NCBI GenBank assembly: GCA_038134595.1
Contig: JAYPVM010000008.1
Location: 50,011-114,010, forward strand
Reading direction: 5' to 3'
DNA length: 64,000 nucleotides
Origin: Pseudomonadota bacterium
GTDB taxonomy: Bacteria; Bdellovibrionota_C; UBA2361; OMII01
Position numbers and translations under genes: made by a program. Under the pieces are notes generated by a model, which did no database searches, was not told the DNA's origin, and saw only the letters and a program-made list of their open reading frames with translations. Each line of letters starts with the position of its first letter. Position 1 is the stretch's first letter. Shown here one piece after another: positions 60,341-64,000 of the stretch.

Positions 60341-61993
60341 ATGACGTCTCGCAAAGTTCTTATAGTAGGCGGCGTAGCCGGTGGTGCAAACGCGGCGACA
60401 CGGTTACGTAGGCTAGATGAAGATGCAGAGATTGTTATCTTTGAGCGTGGACCCTATGTGTCATTTGCCAACTGCGGACTCCCGTACCATATAGGTGGTG
60501 AGATAGAGAAGCGAGAGAAGCTTCTACAACACACGCCAGAGACTCTGCGAGCTCGCTTTGCTATCGATGTGCGTGTACTAAATGAAGTTATGTCTATCGA
60601 TCGCACTGCCAAGCAGGTAACGGTTAAAGACCTTGCAAAGAACACAACCTATCAAGAATCGTATGACACTCTGATACTCTCTCCAGGAGCGGCACCATTT
60701 AAGCCACCTGTACCGGGGCTTGACTTAGAAGGGGTGTTCACCCTGCGAGATGTCCCTGACATGGACCGAATTATCGCATGGCTCTCAGAGCGGCAGGTAA
60801 AACAAGTAGCGATAGCAGGAGGAGGATTCATCGGCTTAGAGATGATGGAGCAACTCCATCACAGGCAGATAGCAGTCACGCTCTTTGAATCAAATCCGCA
60901 GATTCTTACCCCCTTAGATAAGGAGATGGTAGCGCCAATTGAAAGCGAGATGAGAGACAACGGAGTTGCTCTGCATTTAGCTGACCCAGTAGCAAAGATT
61001 GAGTCAAACGGGGAGGGTCTGCTTCTTGTCTCGAGTAAAAGTGGTGTTACATGCCAAGCAGAGGCAGTCATTTGGTCTATCGGCGTTCGCCCCGAGACAA
61101 CCCTTGCTGTTGATGCGGGGCTCACTCTCGGTGCATCAGGTGGCATCAAGGTAAACCAATACCTTCAAACCTCTGACCCAGATATCTATGCGGTAGGAGA
61201 TTGTATCGAGGTTACACACGGTGTGACACATACTCCGGCAGTCATTCCTCTTGCGGGGCCAGCAAACAGGCAGGGGCGCATCGCTGCGGATAATATCGCA
61301 GGTATTCGCTCTACCTATAAGGCTACATTCGGCACAGCCATCGTACGAGTGTTTTCGCAAACTGCCGCTTGCACCGGTGCAAATGAAAAGCTCTTACAGA
61401 GAAACAATATTAGCTATCAGGCTATCCATGTGCACCCAGCAAGCCATGCAGGCTACTACCCAGGAGCGCATCCCACCGCACTAAAGGTGCTCTTTTGCCC
61501 TGAAACAGGAAAGATTCTAGGAGCGCAAGGTGTAGGAAAAGATAGCGTTGATAAGCGAATTGATGTTATCGCGGTAGCCATGCAGGCAGGGGTGCCAGTA
61601 GAAGAGCTAGCGGAGTTAGAGCTTTGTTATGCCCCTCCATTTGGCTCCGCAAAAGATCCTGTGAATATGCTTGGAATGGTTGCGCAAAATATTCGGGCAG
61701 GAAGAGTCTCATACAAACAGTGGAGCGATATTGAAGCCCTAAGCCGTGATAGTGCCTACCAGATCCTTGATGTTCGTGATGAAGCAGAGGTAGCAAAAGG
61801 CGCTATGCCAAACAGTATTCATATTCCCTTAAATAGCCTTCGTAGTAGATTATCAGAGCTTCCGAAAGATAAAACACTCATAGTCTACTGCCACTCAGGA
61901 CAACGCTCGTACAATGCGTGTTGTATCTTGTCACAGAGAGGATTTAGCTGTTGTAACGTCAGTGGGGCGTTTAAAACGTGGTCTAGTGTTTAG
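60341..61993 (+). CDS. CoA-disulfide/persulfide reductase with C-terminal rhodanese domain
   Basis: GGVAGG, SFANCGLPY, GGGFIGLE, YAPPF; rhodanese LDVR..YCHSGQRS. Confidence 0.92.
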   Translation: MTSRKVLIVGGVAGGANAATRLRRLDEDAEIVIFERGPYVSFANCGLPYHIGGEIEKREKLLQHTPETLRARFAIDVRVLNEVMSIDRTAKQVTVKDLAKNTTYQESYDTLILSPGAAPFKPPVPGLDLEGVFTLRDVPDMDRIIAWLSERQVKQVAIAGGGFIGLEMMEQLHHRQIAVTLFESNPQILTPLDKEMVAPIESEMRDNGVALHLADPVAKIESNGEGLLLVSSKSGVTCQAEAVIWSIGVRPETTLAVDAGLTLGASGGIKVNQYLQTSDPDIYAVGDCIEVTHGVTHTPAVIPLAGPANRQGRIAADNIAGIRSTYKATFGTAIVRVFSQTAACTGANEKLLQRNNISYQAIHVHPASHAGYYPGAHPTALKVLFCPETGKILGAQGVGKDSVDKRIDVIAVAMQAGVPVEELAELELCYAPPFGSAKDPVNMLGMVAQNIRAGRVSYKQWSDIEALSRDSAYQILDVRDEAEVAKGAMPNSIHIPLNSLRSRLSELPKDKTLIVYCHSGQRSYNACCILSQRGFSCCNVSGAFKTWSSV

Positions 61994-62161
61994 TTTAAAC
62001 GCCTTGTAGACGTAAATCTCGCTCTAATCTATTGAATACAGTGCGTATTCAAGCGAGTAAACTAAAGTCCTCCTAGCATTTCTTCGTGACCCAACAACGA
62101 ACATCACGGTACAATAGAGAAAGCGGAGTACAAAATTACACCACATAAGGAGGAGCGTTTC

Positions 62162-63478
62162 ATGGATAGCGCAATTATCCCAGGCTACATGCCAGGCTTT
62201 GGAAACGACTTTGAAACAGAAGCTCTCCAAGGAGCACTCCCCAAGGGGCAAAACTCTCCCCAAGACTGCCCCTACGGACTCTACGCAGAACAGCTCTCTG
62301 GCTCACCGTTTACAGCCCCTCGGGGAACAAATGAACGCTCGTGGCTGTACCGAATACTACCTTCAGTGAAACACTCAGGAACATTTGCTCCAAAAACCTA
62401 CGAGCACTGGAAAACAGCCCCTAACTTTGATGATCAAACATTTCCGATAGCACAGTTTAGGTGGGGCCCTCCGCCGTTTCCCTCAGAGCCGCTGTCTTTT
62501 ATCGACGGTATACGAACCATTACAGTAGCAGGAGATGTGCATACACACGTCGGTATGGCGGCGAGTTTTTTCTTCGTATCTCGCTCGATGAAAGACGAAT
62601 ACTTCTACAACGCAGATGCTGAGATGCTTATTGTGCCACAAGAAGGAGGTATTCGATTTCGCACAGAGTTTGGTGTTATCGATGCAGTGCCTTCAGAGAT
62701 AGTGATAATCCCTCGGGGAGTAAAGTTTTTAGTAGAGCTTGCCTCAGATAAGCCTGCACGGGGGTATCTGTGTGAGAATTACGGAGCAAAGTTTACCCTG
62801 CCTAATCGGGGGCCAATCGGAGCAAACTGTCTGGCAAATCCCAGAGACTTTAAGACACCAGTTGCCGCTTTTGAGGACAAGACAGCGCCAAGCACGCTTA
62901 CGGTTAAGTGGTGTGGAAAATTCTATCAAACACACCTTGAGCATTCCCCACTTGATGTAGTGGCGTGGCACGGAAACTATGCTCCGTACAAGTATGACCT
63001 AAAAACGTTCTCTCCAGTGGGAGCTTTGTTGTTTGACCACCCTGACCCCTCGATATTTACCGTGCTTACGGCACCGAGCGGAGAGGAGGGGACTGCAAAC
63101 ATCGATTTTGTCATATTCCCCGAACGGTGGCAGATAGCAGAGCACACCTTTAGACCGCCGTGGTACCATATGAACATCATGTCTGAGTTTATGGGGCTTA
63201 TATACGGGCGCTACGATGCAAAGGCAGAGGGCTTTGTGCCAGGGGGAGTAAGCCTTCATAACTGTATGCTCCCGCATGGGCCCGATGCAGAGGCGTTTCA
63301 AAAGGCAACCACACAAGAACTTGCCCCTCAAAAGCTAGAGAATACGTTAGCGTTTATGTTTGAAACACGTTTTCCGCAACACGTGACGGCTTATGCGCAG
63401 TCGTTAGCATGTCTTCAAGAAGACTACTGGGATTGTTGGAAGGGGATTAAGCGACGGTTTAGCTCTACTGAATCTTAA
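62162..63478 (+). CDS. hmgA: Homogentisate 1,2-dioxygenase
   Basis: [43 protein letters not shown]. Confidence 0.97.
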   Translation: MDSAIIPGYMPGFGNDFETEALQGALPKGQNSPQDCPYGLYAEQLSGSPFTAPRGTNERSWLYRILPSVKHSGTFAPKTYEHWKTAPNFDDQTFPIAQFRWGPPPFPSEPLSFIDGIRTITVAGDVHTHVGMAASFFFVSRSMKDEYFYNADAEMLIVPQEGGIRFRTEFGVIDAVPSEIVIIPRGVKFLVELASDKPARGYLCENYGAKFTLPNRGPIGANCLANPRDFKTPVAAFEDKTAPSTLTVKWCGKFYQTHLEHSPLDVVAWHGNYAPYKYDLKTFSPVGALLFDHPDPSIFTVLTAPSGEEGTANIDFVIFPERWQIAEHTFRPPWYHMNIMSEFMGLIYGRYDAKAEGFVPGGVSLHNCMLPHGPDAEAFQKATTQELAPQKLENTLAFMFETRFPQHVTAYAQSLACLQEDYWDCWKGIKRRFSSTES

Positions 63479-63783
63479 GGAGTAGCGGGATTAGGTAATT
63501 GATTATTAAGCTGATTCGCCCCTAAGCCATTTAGCTGGGTCAAAAGATTTTCGGTAGCATCATTTGCGCGCTCTCGTTGTGCGCCTTGTAATTCATTATT
63601 CTGATTCATATGTTGCATCATCATGATAAGCATCATTAACTGCATGGGGTTTTGCTCTTGTTGGGCTATCGCAGTTGTAGAGAGCTTAAACGGGGCGATA
63701 GAGGCAACACGGATAGGGATAAGTGCTGTGATAAGTAGAGATACTATCACCAGACTAGAGAGAATGTATTGAGAAAGTTTCAT
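63475..63783 (-). CDS. Small exported Gln/Asn/Met-rich protein
   Basis: Hydrophobic N-terminus, AIA cleavage-like site, [13 protein letters not shown] and Q/N-rich tail; stop overlaps hmgA stop. Confidence 0.6.
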   Translation of the reverse strand: MKLSQYILSSLVIVSLLITALIPIRVASIAPFKLSTTAIAQQEQNPMQLMMLIMMMQHMNQNNELQGAQRERANDATENLLTQLNGLGANQLNNQLPNPATP

Positions 63784-64000
63784 AGGCGCCTACTTGCTAT
63801 ATCAATCACTTGGAGCCTACTTTTGAGGCTCTTACTAAGAGTTGTGTACGAAAAGTTCGTAGATGTGATGTAAGTAGTAGAAAACGTCTTGCTCCGAATA
63901 GTTTTTATCGGCGAGCGGAGCAAGCTTGGTGAAAAATTCGGGGTTAGATAAGTTGCAGCTTCAAATAGATCGCATCAGTTGCGTCGAGCGTTCTAAAAGG

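Overview
Bacterial chromosomal window of mostly housekeeping genes. Gene content and order suggest a deltaproteobacteria-derived, possibly Bdellovibrionota-like organism; this is an inference, not tested. It contains map, a DegP protease, rplM-rpsI, kdsB with a histidine phosphatase, tRNA-Phe, a class A PBP, alr, rsmE, a metF-like gene with an orphan nuoI, an ArnT-like glycosyltransferase, glpD, a stand-alone Zn-free rpsN, nfo, ppa, three RNA-modification genes and uppP. A flagellar basal-body cluster (flgB-flgC-fliE-fliF-fliH-fliI-fliJ-motE-like) follows, behind a full sigma54/IHF/enhancer promoter but lacking fliG. Converging on it is a retinal-biosynthesis mini-operon (crtB-crtY-blh) with no crtE, crtI or rhodopsin in the window. 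The rest is tRNA-Gly, orphan genes, rpmE-tlpA-lgt-nadK-recN, an M23 peptidase, an Hsp33-like gene, an SPFH pair, mdh-sucCD, a CoA-disulfide reductase/rhodanese fusion and hmgA. No CRISPR array, integrase or transposase was seen. The best leads are the retinal module, the fliG-less flagellar export cluster with a hyper-acidic FliH, a possible non-orthologous KdsC, a ~170-nt structured RNA behind its own promoter, a zinc-ligand-depleted double zinc-ribbon protein, two methyltransferases with overlapping start codons, and a third-position skew flip near 54-57 kb with dif-like sites. All calls are by eye from motifs; no database searches were run.
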